Source: Girardia tigrina (lineage: Eukaryota). From it: a stretch of 57,344 nt of DNA. Positions 11,981-24,700 of this stretch are shown in pieces. Within the stretch, counting starts at the first letter, position 1. Each line of letters starts with the position of its first letter. A program made the translations under genes and the position numbers. The notes beneath the pieces are model-generated. The model saw nothing but the letters and a program-made list of their open reading frames with translations, searched no databases and was not told the origin of the DNA. The stretch lies in assembly GCA_001938485.1 (NCBI GenBank), contig MQRK01252249.1:24446-81789 (forward strand). Reading direction: 5' to 3'.

Positions 11981-12400
11981 ATTTTGACTTCATTAGAATT
12001 GAAAATATTGGAGAAGGCACTTTTGGAGTCGTTTATAAAGAAAACAAAAATTGTTTCTCTAATTTGAGTATCTAAATATGGATGTGGTGGTATCTCGATT
12101 ATTTTGAGACCAATATGGACGCGATGGTTGTGAAATGTTTTGAATATCAAATTTTCCAAAGACTATTGTTTTGTTGACAGATTTTAAACCACAAAATTTG
12201 ATTGCAGATTCAACTGGCACGATTGTAATTACGGCAGACGTTGAACTTGCTAAGATTTTTTGTTTAGTGGTGGTTTTTATCCACGACGTCGTTACATTGT
12301 GGTATCGGGCACACGAGATCTTAATGGGGTCTTTAATGTCTTGCGCAGTAGATATCGATGACCGGAAAAGACTTTCCCCTGGTTGATACTGAGACCGGAG
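11981..12400 (+). pseudogene. CDK1: CDK1/CDK2-family kinase pseudogene, internally deleted
   Basis: IENIGEGTFGVVYK, FEYLNMD, VKCFEYQIFQ, DFKPQNL, ADVELAK, VVTLWYRAHEILMG, AVDI. PSTAIRE and HR are deleted, DFG is lost, frameshifts are present, and an LTR cuts the 3' end at 12401. Confidence 0.8.
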
Positions 12401-12729
12401 TGTATAGTATCGAAGATGGTTTTAGCGTGATAGGGATTACGAGCGAGATGAAGTTGGAAGGGCAGTTAATAGAGAATTTGTGTGTAAATATTTGTATATA
12501 TAGGCTAGTGTAGAATAACGTTAAGTGTAGATAAAAGGTTGTATAGATTATTCAGAGTAAATAGGAATAATTAGCAAAAGTTTACATATAGACGATTAAT
12601 AATAGAAATAAAAGGTGATTAAGGAGAGATAGTTTTATAAGAGTCGTGTTTGGAATGAGAATATGAGCACTACGTGGGGTTAGAGTAGTAGCGTGTAGTC
12701 AGATGAATGTCAGTACTAGCCCCTCTACA
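12401..12729 (+). mobile_element. Putative solo LTR, family B
   Basis: TGTATAG...CTCTACA ends, internal AATAAA, and tagggattacgag shared with a fragment at ~55210-55330. Confidence 0.5.
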
Positions 12730-13479
12730 GTTGAACGAATGGCTCTGGATTCCTTAATCTATTTACGATTAATTTATAAGTGTTTTATAATCGACGATTA
12801 ATTAATTGACAGTACGATCCTGTTTGTTTATATCTTTAATATGATAAATTACGTGTTTTAATTCATTTGGTTACGACAGTTAATTTGATTGTGATTCTAT
12901 TTATTTCTATTTTTAACATGATCAATCTCTTTTCGTCCCGATCAATATTTCAATAATAAATTGAATCTTAAAAAATACATTTAGTTCGGTCAGATGAACG
13001 ACGGGGCGCAAATAAAAGTCAATTTGATAGTTCTAAAACATCAGTGGTAATGTTCTGAATGATAAATTTTGAGGAAGGAATTAGTTAGTAGATCGCTGTG
13101 TGGGAGATTAATGTCTATCAGTGCTATGCATGAATTATGACCTAGTCGATCAATGCAATCAATGATTACACACAACTAATAATTTAACATGTGCTTTCTG
13201 CAAACAACTGAAGTAACGAAATAATAGTAAAATAATAAAGTAAATTTAGATTAATAATTTATTCTTGTCTAATTATTAAGTTTAATAATTTAATTTTGGG
13301 GGAGCGTATGAGTTAGTAAAACATCGGGATGAGCGTGACAGTAAAGAGTATGATCTCGGTCGTATAAGTGTAAGTGACGTAAAATACTCTGCAAAATCAA
13401 ATATTCAACGGAACGTGCGAAAGTAATTATGTTTGGGTTGCGTACTAAAAAGCGACACGGGGAAAGTCGCTCGCCGATC

Positions 13480-14199
13480 GATAAGGCTTACCGTATTTTG
13501 GTGGCGTTCGAACTTTCGAAGGGTCGCCACCACACCCGCACGCACCGTGGTCCAAACGATGAAGGATCGTAGTTCAGTCATTTGTGACAAATCGGAAGTG
13601 ACGCAATTGATCGAGGAAGAAACGATCGATGTCAGCGAGCAGCAATCGGACAACAAATCCATCCCGACTATCGGACCGCCGTTCGTTAAATACGATAACT
13701 TTTTCCCGATATTCGCGGCGAATGGAAACGTCGGTTGATGGAGAATCAGAGGAGAAATTTGACAATTTCTGATGGAATTCTCATTGGAATGATTTGAATG
13801 AATATTATTCGTGTTAATATTCTCCTGAAACGACTTGATGTCGTCTTAGGTGATTTCTCAGTGAGAAAACAATTTATCAACCGCTCCAAGCACTTCGGAA
13901 AACTGAGAGTTGTCCATTTCGACTTGTTTTAAAATTTCGCTTGTTGAAACAGTAGCCTTCTGATTTCCGAGAGTTTTATAGTTAGAATCGCTGTTGGATA
14001 AACTATCGTCGATATTAGGCACCAAAACGTGATTCAAGAAATCGAAATCATCGTATTTGTCTTTAACGAAAGAACCCGAACACGGTATTGCGATAATCCA
14101 ATTTTTTCTAATCGCGTTATCAAATAGAACTTTCTGTTGGCTTTTGAAGGCGAGAAAAAACGAATTGGATTCTAAATCCTCATCGTACTGAGATTTCAT
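13480..14199 (-). pseudogene. ANKRD27: ANKRD27/VARP 5' fragment pseudogene
   Basis: YDEDLESNSFFLAF...WIIAIPCSGS...HVLVP matches the VARP N-terminus. A stop at 13858 and apparent deletions follow. A downstream frame (INCVTSDLSQM...VATLRKFERHQNT) may be the start of the VPS9 domain. Confidence 0.65.
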
Positions 14200-14837
14200 C
14201 GTAGTGTTGATGGAGGAAAAAAATTAACTAGTTTCAAATATTTATTTACAAAGGAAATAAATTTAAAAACGCGATACATTCTTTGTATTATTAAAACACT
14301 ACAAAGATTAATTAATTAAGTTTTGATAATGGTTTTTTTTGATCAATTCAAAATTTTCAATTGTTTTAAAAAAATTTTAAATGCGCATCTGAATTTTTCA
14401 GTTTTAAAAATTTCAGGGGTCGCAAATCCAATTAAGAAAGTTTTTCAAAATTAAAAATCAAAAAATTAAATTACATATCACTTAAAAAGAACTCTTAATT
14501 GGTTGCTACTACTGATGCGATTTAGTGAACAATACAAATTAATAAACATAAAATGTGAATGTTTGGATGAGAGACAACCAAAATGCTTAGTTCTATGAAG
14601 CAAATAATGAGTTCAATTTTAATTGTATGTGAATCTACCGCAGCATACCACTTAAAGCGTTTTTTCTAAAGTGAAATCTTGGAACAGGACAGGAATTTTA
14701 GAGTTAAATTAATTCAATTTATCAACTAGTATATAAATAACTATTCATTGAGTAGACATATAATTCTTAAAATATCTAATCGTAAACCATAATAAATGTA
14801 TAATTTTAAATAATAACGAAAGTACCGAATAAAGCGA

Positions 14838-15264
14838 CGTAGAACCTTTTGACGATGACGCAGGTCGACGACAGAATGCATAGGATCACGTGGTCCGATC
14901 GTTGCCTATCTCCTCAAGGCTCTCTTCGTCCGATATAATGGTTAATATGTAAGATACAATGTATAATAAGATATAATGTAATAATAATGATGCATATATA
15001 ATGTACGAGAGCAATGAAGAATCTTATGAACCTCTGTGGACACTGAGACTACCAGACGGGCAATACTCATTACTAGTCAGAACCCGAAGGCGCACTGAAA
15101 CACACACAACTCGTTGATGCGCGTGGAGGAGACGCGTCTGTTCCCTGTATACTAATAAATGATGAGATGGAGATATGTCGAGTCTATGACTGAGTTACCG
15201 TTGAACTCTAAAAATGGATGGGGGCTCTGAGTCAACAAAAATGTTGTCGAGAGGGAACACGACA
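14838..15264 (+). mobile_element. LTR-like family A, copy 3
   Basis: (C)GTAGAACC...CGACA ends, AATAAA at 15154, conserved core and TGGGGGCTC at 15219. Confidence 0.65.
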
Positions 15265-16436
15265 CATACAAGAGATCGAATAGAGACATATATTAACTAA
15301 ACTGTTTTAAAAAAACGTTTTCGTTAATTAATGAAAAAAATGTCGATCTGAAAATGACAATTGTTTTAATATTCAAAAAATGATTTCACCAATTAAAAAA
15401 TAATTTATTGTGTTGTAAATATATTTTCTTCTCAAATAAAAAAATTGCAGATTATCAAACCATATTATTTCAAATTTAAAACATTTCTATTTATTAATTG
15501 CTTTAAAAAGTCTCAAAGAATCGATTTTTATCTCATGAAAGGACGGAAACATTCAATTTTTTTCTTCATCCAATGTCGACATTTTATTCGCTATTTTAGA
15601 ATTTCATTCCACATTTAATTCGTTTCTAAACTACATCGATTTAACAAATGTCTCTCTCATTTTGTCTCCCCTCATTTCGACTTTCAATCAAAATTTTGAT
15701 TCGATTTATTCGAGTAATGTAAATGCGATCAAAGAAAATATCGTTTGGTTATCGACAGATTTCGATTGAATAAAAATTATCGATTTGTTGTATTCGAAAA
15801 CCGATTGCAATTTTCTGATTTCATTGTTTATATAAACATCGATTGAGGAAAATTCTTTGGTGAATATTTATATTCGAATAATCAATGAGCGAGATGACGG
15901 TACAATCAGTTTTACGACTTTCGAATCGAAAATGAACAACAGTCTGTAAGAGAGAGGGACGTATGTACTCGAGAATCGTTTAAGATCGCCATTTTGGCAG
16001 GACCAGCGATTAAACAACATTTGAATCTTTCCTCGTCGATGAGGTTTTTAGTTTTAAATTTAAATTTACTTTTAGTGAGGCACATTATCAGGACCACAAA
16101 TGGAGGTATTTCTCCATTTATGGAGAAAAATTATTACATTAACCGGACTGTCACACTAACTCGTGTCACGCTTATGGGAGTAAGTAATTTAGAAATCATA
16201 TTTTCGAAAAAAATTTTTTAATTAAATTTTTAATTTATTTTTCAAAAAAACTTTTCAAAATAAAATCAATATTACGTCATTATTATACTGATATTTATAT
16301 TTACAATTTTAAAAATCTGGTTGATGCAAATTAAAAATATTATTATTCATAAATATGTTTGTAAAATGTAATGTGCTGAAATAAATTTTTATTGTCATGA
16401 ATCTTGATCGTAATCACGAGTTATTTTTCAAAACGG

Positions 16437-16531
16437 ACAGCATCACCAGACAACTTAGTCGTGTACATATTTTTCGATCCACAGTTGGAGAGAACACATG
16501 GATAATTCAAACATGGGATGTCAGTTGCCGT
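16437..16531. repeat. Dispersed repeat fragment, second copy at ~19318-19401
   Basis: gcatcaccagacaacttagtcg...gatccac...gagagaacacatg...aacatgggatg occurs twice. Confidence 0.75.
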
Positions 16532-16770
16532 CAAATTTTTAATACAAACTAATTAATTTTTTAAAAATTGAAAGATTCCAGTCAATTTTAGAAAAATTAA
16601 AAATTCTAGTAGATTGACAAACAATTCTAAACTGTTTTAAGTTAATTTAGGTTGCAATAAATATTATAATTACAGAATAATATTGATTTTAAACAATTAT
16701 TGTTTCAGAATTTAAATTATCGTAATATTTATTGAATGACAATCGCGAAGTATTTTTTGCTTCATTGCTA

Positions 16771-18930
16771 CAGTAGAACTTGGTTAAGTCGGATAGTTCT
16801 AATTCAGATTTCGACTAAGTCGGATAAATTTTGAAGACCCATTAAAAACTTCATAGGATATGTATTAAATATTTCGGTATTACTCGGATTCGTTTAAGTC
16901 GTACTGTCAAGTCCATTTAATAAGCAAATGGCTGCATTTAATAATGTCTTTGTTCAAATTAATAATGAGATTTATTTCTCATAGCTCTACAAAAGTACTG
17001 TATTGAGCTTTTTTATGCTTTAATATGGTAAGATTTATTATTATTGAATTAAAATATTAAATTATAAGTAATTAACTTGTAATAAAAATAAGAGTAAAAT
17101 GCTTTATTTAATATACAAAATCTTATTTACAAAGGCCATTTTAATCACCGAAAATGTCCTCTTTTGCCATAGAGAATCCCAAATATTTTTGACAATGCCT
17201 GAAATATTTGGTGAAATCCCTTAATCATCCTTTTCTATGGCACTGGAGATGAAGGATTTCAGAGCAGAAATTCTTTTGGGCTGCGACAGTTGACCTCTGA
17301 CATCTTTTAATTTAGAAAAGACTGCCTCTATAGGGTTTTAAATGGTGAAAATGGAGGCAAATACATCATTGTGTGTAACGAGATGATTCCCTTATGAATT
17401 GGAACGTTGTCCTGTATGAGCCGGTTGGGAATATTGGGGTCAAGCACAGCATTCACTTCTTCGATAAATTTCTGGTAGATGTAACCATTTACACTACCAA
17501 GAACCAATTGGTGATGGATCACACCGCTTCTTCCAATGGCCATAATTAATGATATGTTTTGGCCTCGGCTTGTTGGGACTGTGATGTTGCATGGAATCCC
17601 TAATATTGACCTTCCATTTGATCTACGGATCCTGAGGGTGCAAGAGAGGGTGCAGCGATTTTGTGGCTGCGGCACACATAAAGCACATATTGTGTTTCTG
17701 GAAAAACTGATTTCTGTTTGGGACAGGAAAACTTGAATTTCTCTAATGAATCATTGGAGATTTTGTTCCACGATGTCCATGATTTTCACTCCTCTGTGAT
17801 CTTAGGCTTCCTGTAGCCGCCACGTCTTTCAGTGGTTATTTGGCCCGATCAACGGTATCTAGAAATGATACCAGAGGCGGCCGATTTATCTATCTGCAAT
17901 TGTCGAGTAAGAAGAAAAAATTCTTCTCTCCTCTTAAATGCATCGTTTATGCGTTCTTTATCAATTGTTGCAATTCTAAAATTATATAAATATCAGGATA
18001 AAAAAAATAAAAATATTTTACGATTTTCGGTTATTATTATTCTTGAATTATTGGTTAAAGGCTCAATATTTTCTTCATTTTGACCTACAGCGGGTATTGT
18101 TTCCCCACTAGAACTTCTTGATATTGACTCCAAGTCCGACATTTAGACTTTTTATAAATATTTATGGAAATAATTTTTTTATTATTAAATGGACATTTTA
18201 TTATTAAATTTAACATAAAATCATGTGTTTGTGGTTTTTTATGTGTGTATTTATGTGTCGAGTATGTGTGTTTTGGAGCCCAACATGTTTTTCTATAGTT
18301 AAGCTTATTATTAACTGAATGTTTTTATTATTAAATGGACATCTTGTCTTTATTTTCTGTCATTTCATTGGCTAGTCCTTTTATTTTTTATTTTTAGATT
18401 ATATAAATTATTATTAAATGGACATCTCAATTTATTAAATGGATTTACCAGTATTTATTTTATTAATACTTTAATAAAACACTTTAATTCAATTAAGCAG
18501 TTTAAAATAAAAGACGTTTATTTTGGCTTTTCTAAATTGAATGCTTCGGAACAATGTCAATACCTCAAGGAAGGAAACGTAAACTCTCGAAAAAGACTTC
18601 CGATTTCAACACTGCGTTGTTTTTGTTTGGAAGAAATCGGAGATCCCGAATCATGCTATGCCATATTTTAAAAGATGGAAAACGCTAGTTTTCAAAAGTA
18701 TTTTGTGCGGCATATAAACAGAAATTAGGGGTTTTTAAAAAACAATGATTGTAATTTTAACTGTTATCCTATTTCTGTATTCGTCACTGCTAATAGTCAT
18801 CATGTTGCATTTGTCTAGATTTTAAATGAGTATCGTAAATTTTTATGGCTTTAAATCCATTATAGAAATATATTTTCAAATTTAATATGTTTAAGTCGGG
18901 TTAATATGGATTTCGGGTTAAGTCGGATTA
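16771..18930 (+). mobile_element. pogo/Tigger-like element remnant with a nested Tc1/IS630-like element
   Basis: TA|cagtagaacttggttaagtcggat left end; the repeated ttaagtcgg motif recurs at 18890-18930. MSIPQGRKRK near 18553 may be the transposase start. Right end not found. Confidence 0.45.
16904..18451 (-). mobile_element. Tc1/IS630-like DDE transposon, decayed
   Basis: TIRs ctgtcaagtccatttaataa and (reverse complement) ctggtaaatccatttaataa (17/20), TA TSD, subterminal ttattaaatgga repeats. Transposase RGQNISLIMAI...IQDNVPIH...YLPPFSPF/NPIE. Confidence 0.85.
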
Positions 18931-19835
18931 CGTATATATTTAAAGGTACATAAAGAAAAGTATATAATTAAATTAAATAAAAGAGATTTATATAAAATTA
19001 TTTTTCACTTACATTTAAATTCAAATCAAATTGAAAATTGTTCATTTTGAACAATTATAGGTTATTTGACTCATCGGAGTCAATTTTGATTGCTGCAGTT
19101 GTTGCAGATAGATAAGTATTATCGTTCCAGGTAGGGATGTAGCCAGGATTTCATTTCTGGGTTGAAAATGTCACATCCATACACACATAATGAATCACAA
19201 TCAAACATACACACATTTACAATGTAGGATCTCGTGGTCCTGTAAAATAGCATTTTTATATCCCAAATTCTTCCAGTACTTCAGCAGCACTGACTGATAA
19301 GTTCCAGGGTATTGAGAGCATCACCAGACAACTTAGTCGCATACATATGTTTTGATCCACGTTAGAGAGAACACATGAACATGGGATGATAGTTTCCGTC
19401 CAACACATTTTGATTGGTGAGCAAAAGTTTTTTCTTTTTTTTGAGGAAATATAAGACTGTGTTTGTGAGTCTTGTGTCGAGAGAGAGTTGTTATCGAGAC
19501 TAAATGCTATTTGTCTAATGAATGTGAATAGAAAAGAGTTAGTTACGGACGAAACGGTCAGGTTGAGTCAGGCGATCGTGATTGATTTTTCCGATCAATC
19601 AAGATCAATTTGGTTGTTGTTTATCAAGTGGCCGTTTCTGATTGGCCGGGTTTTACGTGATATCTTTATTTTTTGAGTATTGATCTTTGAAGTTATGAGA
19701 TCAATTTATCAATTGATCAAAATTTATCAATTTTTATCTATTCATATCGATTGATTTGAATTTATTGTGTGAGGTTTTATTAATTAGATTATATATTATT
19801 TATTGTTGAATTCTGAAAATTAAATAAATAATATC

Positions 19836-19870
19836 AACTAGTAAAAAACCCGTAATATATGACGGGTAAG
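19836..19870 (+). mobile_element. Helitron/Helentron-like terminal hairpin
   Basis: aactagt followed by the hairpin acccgt-aatatatg-acgggt. The rest of the element could not be traced. Confidence 0.3.
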
Positions 19871-20141
19871 CTGAATTTTCGACTTTGAAAGTTTGTGTAT
19901 TAAATTTTTAATTGTAATTGATATAATTTATTATTCCGGGCGTCTTCCTTCGTCAGCTTCCTTCGCAATTTTGAATTTTATTTGTTGATACTATTTCTTA
20001 CTTGTGATGGAGAAAGTGATTAATCGTTTTTGTTTAAATATTCGAAGGTCAGTAGCAGTGATTTGAAGTGAATTAATTTGTCGGTGAAAATAAATTTTGC
20101 TTACTTTTCACTCGTGTTGTAACAAGCTATCGCAGCAGAAC

Positions 20142-20318
20142 ATGTCGATCAAGTTTGGAGATGAAATCGGCCGTTTCGATGGAGCCAGAAATTGAAAGTT
20201 TTGCAAACTATATTGCCTCTGTTTTGTCGACGTTTTTGTTTTGTGAGCGTTCACTGTCTACAACGGACGACGAGAAACAGGAATACGGGAAATTAAGGAA
20301 TACAATGCAGAGGGCGTG
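20142..20318 (+). mobile_element. Gypsy gag N-terminal fragment
   Basis: MSIKFGDEIGRFDG...FTVYNG..DDEKQEYGKLRNTMQRA across frameshifts; similar in style to the gag at 26951. Confidence 0.5.
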
Positions 20319-20518
20319 AATTATTTTAAGTTTTGGTCAAAAAGAAGAAGTCATAATAAGAAATTTAAGAAGACAGCTCACGCTCAAATGAAGTGTTATT
20401 TTGAAGAGAAGTTTACAACGTTTAGAAGTCAATCTGACATTAAATTACCGATATCAACTTTTAAAAAATCAGTTTTAAAAGTATAGGTTTTACAATATTA
20501 ATCAGTAAATTATCATAT

Positions 20519-20521
<3 letters not shown>

Positions 20522-20576
<55 letters not shown>
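20522..20576. repeat. (TA)n microsatellite
   Basis: Perfect run. Confidence 0.95.
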
Positions 20577-20582
<6 letters not shown>

Positions 20583-20700
20583 ATTATTATAAGGATCCAG
20601 ATTAATTTTATGAAACACCTGATTTGTTTAAATAATCAGACGTAATCAATTTTTTTAGAATTTGATTAAATTTTGCTATCAAGCTTTTATTTTGTTAGAA

Positions 20701-20820
20701 ATGGAAAATTCTTACATGGAGACCACACAAAGTGTCCTCAACAACCTGGCGCCGCAGATCTATCAGGGAAATAGCGATGTGAAGGAGTTCATCGTACAGT
20801 GTCAAAGATTTTTTTAAAAA
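20701..20820 (+). mobile_element. Gypsy gag-like N-terminal fragment
   Basis: LAPQIYQGNSDVKEFIVQCQRFF resembles the P-x-x-F/Y-x-G...F gag start motif. Confidence 0.4.
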
Positions 20821-21352
20821 CGTAATAGTAATTTTTCCAGAAAAGGTAATTTTTTTAAAAAAGAAGATCTTTATATAGAAACTAAATAAAACTTTTTTGC
20901 GCAAAAACATTAAAAAAAATGTAAATTTAGTTGTATTTTGGACACTACAGTAAGCATACATTCTATGTTCCAGAACGCAACGAATCATTGAAACAAAATA
21001 AAACAAAAATTTTATATTCAGATATACTTGTTTTTAAAAAAAAATTTTACAAAAAAATTTTGAGACCCAGCAGATTAATAAGGGTGTCTTTTTTTGAAAT
21101 TCCGTTCCATAAAAGGTGACAAAAAAATCTGTTTGCCAAGTAAAGTTCTGTCCCAGTATAACAATTTAATTTTCAAAATAAATCACATATTTTCTGCTAA
21201 TTATTTTTCATAAAGTAATTTCAAGTTGATACTTGATATTAAGAAAATTTCAATTTGATAAAGTCAATGGAGAGAAAAAAACTAAACTATTTTGAAAAAT
21301 CTAATTATTCAAATTAAATTCTTTAAAAATAATAAAAATAAATTGAGTAAAT

Positions 21353-21640
21353 TGTCAAGACCCTTTTGTTAGTAACATTTTCAAAAGGTCTGAGCCCCCA
21401 GTGATTGTTAAGGGTCAACCATAACCCAACCTCAATTTAACTTTACTTATAACTTATTCGACTATTCACCTAATTTACTGTATACTTGGGTCTGACGTCT
21501 CTTCTCGCTCGGCATCTGCCTGCAGTGAAGAGTCCGAAGGACCTTCGGGTTCGAGTCAAGATGGGATGGGCTATGGGCCCCCACCCGAGTGTCGCTCGGG
21601 GATGATGTTTTTCCTAAACTATAACTCGATTCTTTATATC
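21353..21640 (-). mobile_element. LTR-like family A, copy 4 (inverted; distal boundary uncertain)
   Basis: Reverse complement reads gggttatggttgaccc..cactgggggctc..aaaatgtta..ttgaca, collinear with copies 1-3. Confidence 0.65.
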
Positions 21641-21830
21641 ATCTATTATTATGTTTACTGTGTACTATGAAACTTATGGCAATGTTGTGTCTGCGTGTAA
21701 ACTTGGTGCATCTGTTTGTTGTGTTTTAATAACCTGTGGCACTGTTGTCTGTTCACTTAGAGCAGAATATGCGCTTCAGTTAATTGTGTGCTGAGAACCC
21801 TTTATTATAGAATTAACATTGTAGAACTAA

Positions 21831-23156
21831 CCCTATAGATTCAATTTTATAAAATCAATCATTAACAATTTTTATTAATCAACATTATAGAATAAACGAC
21901 CAACAGCAGCTTTTACTAATTATCATTATAATTCATCTTTTTACTAAGTCAGCATTATTTCTCAAGTATCATAATGATAATGAAGTGGGTTATGTTTCTA
22001 TGTAACCCATGTCCAAATATTGCGACAAACTGTTTATTAACTTTCATCTACAACTTCATGATTTGCTTTGTAGATTGTGACGTTTCAGAGATGTTAAATT
22101 GAATATCTGTTTTGGTATGCGCATATGTCTTTTGCAATAATGTGTTCGAAAAACAGAAATGGTTCGAATTTTTTACTTATTTTTGTTTTTTTTATGTTTA
22201 GAACACCTGAAATAGCAAGTAAGCATCTTTCTAACTACGAGATTGTTGAGCGTCTATTAGAAGACGATGAAGAAAGCATAATAGATAGTCCCGATGAAGA
22301 TGAGGGAGACGCTGAAGTGATCCAGAGTTACCACAATTCAGAATCTAGAGAAAGTGCCAATGAAACTGACACAGAATGGAGTGATGACGATAATGAACCG
22401 CTGAGTAGACACGCAATTGAAGATTCTGATAACTTTTATTTATCAAAAAATAAATGCACAAAGTGGGCAAAAGAGCCACCGCGTACTAGCGTTCGAGTTC
22501 GTAGACACAATATTATGAGGGAGGCACCAGGACCTAAGGGAAACGCCAAGAATATACATACAATTGTTATACATACAATATATTTTATCACCTTCTCAAC
22601 GTCACTGGTATCAATGCTTATGTGATTTATAAAAATAAAATTGACAGCGGAATATCCAGAAGGGAGTTTTTGAAGCATCTTGCAGTTGATTTGGTAAAGG
22701 CTCACCAACAAACTCGATCGACTGTACCACAACTGCCCAGGGCCATACAACAACGGCGAAAAAGAAATGCTCAAGTTCAGGACCCTGGCCCCCCTTCTAG
22801 AGGTGGTCCATCGACAAGTTATAAAAGATGCCATATCTGCCCAAGATCAAAGGATAAAAAATAAGATTTATTTGTGCCAAATGCCACCAGCAAGTCTGTC
22901 ACGACCATTCTACTATGATATGTGATAAGTGTATTGATTAAAGTGTTCTTAAATTAAAAATTTCATATCTTTAAAAGTTTAATACAATGTTGATTATGAT
23001 TACTATTAAAATTTAGAACAATGTCGTTTTTCTAATTTTTGTTATAAAAATAAAAGTATGTCATTAATAAATATGTTTTATTGTACCTTTAAAATTGGGG
23101 TTATATATTCCCCACGCGAGCGTAAGTGTAACTATATGGACGCGAGTAATTAAGGG
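21831..23156 (+). mobile_element. Internally deleted piggyBac element
   Basis: Acidic N-terminus and TKWAKEPP..RRHNIMREAPGPKGNAK join almost directly to the C-terminal SRREFLKHLAVDLV and Cys-rich domain (CHICPRSKDKK/CAKCHQQVCHDH..CDKC). Right end aggg|TTAA; left end degenerate. Confidence 0.85.
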
Positions 23157-23379
23157 TTAATAACCAAACTTATTCATTAAAAAATATATTTAGAGAAAAT
23201 ATATTTCAACGGGACAACCATCATCTTCATGTCACTGATTAATAATTAATTCACTTGTATATAAATACAAAAATGATGATTATGTAATCGATTGCATGAA
23301 ATCATGCTAATCAAAAATTCTCAATTAGCTGGTTGAGAGTGCCGATTGAACATTGATTTTAGGGTAACTTGACCTAATG

Positions 23380-24200
23380 CTACACACGACACTCTCTCCC
23401 AATAACTGTCAAATTGCTTATACAGAATTTTGAAATTAGCAAAATTAACATCACATTTACATTTTTTCCTATGTTGTGCAATATTACTCTTACTCTCTTT
23501 TCAACCATGTTCTTGAATTCATTTACAGAGATGACGGGCAGTCTCTCCAATATATGTAACATCGCACACATTACATTTTTATTCATAAAAAATATCAGAA
23601 CAAAGTGTTAAAGGTGTAAAAGATTTATTACTGAACATATTTTGAATTTTATGAGATTGTGATATAATTTTTAAATTTAATTCATTGTTAGTTGCTTTTA
23701 ACAATGCATTTTTAAAGTTTTTAAATCCTTCAGAATAAGGTACAATTAAACAATATTTAGGCATATTATTTATATCTAATGATCCTTCGATTTCTTTCTT
23801 AGATCCATCAGAAGCTCTGATTTTTCGAAAAATCTTTCAAAAATATTTTATTTACTGTTTCCTTTATTAATTTTTCTAGAAAAGATTTAGAATAACCATT
23901 CTTATTTAACAACGAACTTAGTTTATTAACACTTTCCACAGATTTAACACAAGTGGAGCGATCGACCAGGAGCGATAAATTAAACCTTTAATCATGTTTC
24001 TTTTATACTTAAGTTCACAAAACCTATCTGGTGAAGTATATAAAACTGTATCAGTTTGCTTCCTATAAATTCCAGTCTCATAACTAAGAGGTTTTCTTTC
24101 AACCAAAAGATCCAGAAAAGGTAAGACTCCATTCTTTTCATTTTCAACTGTAAAAGTAGCATTTGAATGTAACGAATTCATAAAATTTAAAAATAGTTTT
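23380..24200 (-). mobile_element. Penelope-like element, 3' part (RT C-terminus and GIY-YIG endonuclease)
   Basis: FMNSLHSNATFTVENEKNGVLPFLDLLV...IYRKQTDT; CDVCDVTYIGETARHLCKRIQEH. Confidence 0.9.
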
Positions 24201-24700
24201 ATCTTCAAATCAAAGCTCCATGAATGCCTACAAAGTGAAGACATCAGAATGATCCACAAAACGATGCTTGGAAGACTGATCGAGAAAGAAAAAAGAGCGA
24301 GAAATGACATTGTGATGGTGCTGACAATAATTCGATTCGCGTTATATGATGCAGGTGGTGATTTTTGTTTTCGTTTATGTGTGATGATGTCTATCAATAA
24401 TTCTGATAGTTTAAATAAAAGTAAATTTGCTACACAGAATAAGAAATTAAATAATTTAAGAAAATTATTTGGAGTTTTTAAATTTGATGTTAAAAATACT
24501 ATTATTAATTTGAGTAATGTAAACTTATCTAAGGATGAGATCGATATATTAAAATATGGACCTAAACATTCAATAAAATCAAAATTTGATAAATTAAATG
24601 TCGAATTTACTCTCAAATTTTGATTTAAAACGTTACCAGAATTTAATTTCAATATATTATAGTAAGATTTCACAAGAATATATTCAAAAATTCATTAGCG
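24201..24700 (+). mobile_element. Penelope-like element, N-terminal part, inverted relative to the adjacent 3' part
   Basis: KKLNNL...IINLSNVNLSKDEIDILKYGPKHSI is the typical PLE pre-RT motif. Confidence 0.75.

Noticed and set aside
15700-16185. Exon-like segments with splice-like sites
   Set aside because: Contain stops and could not be assigned to a family.
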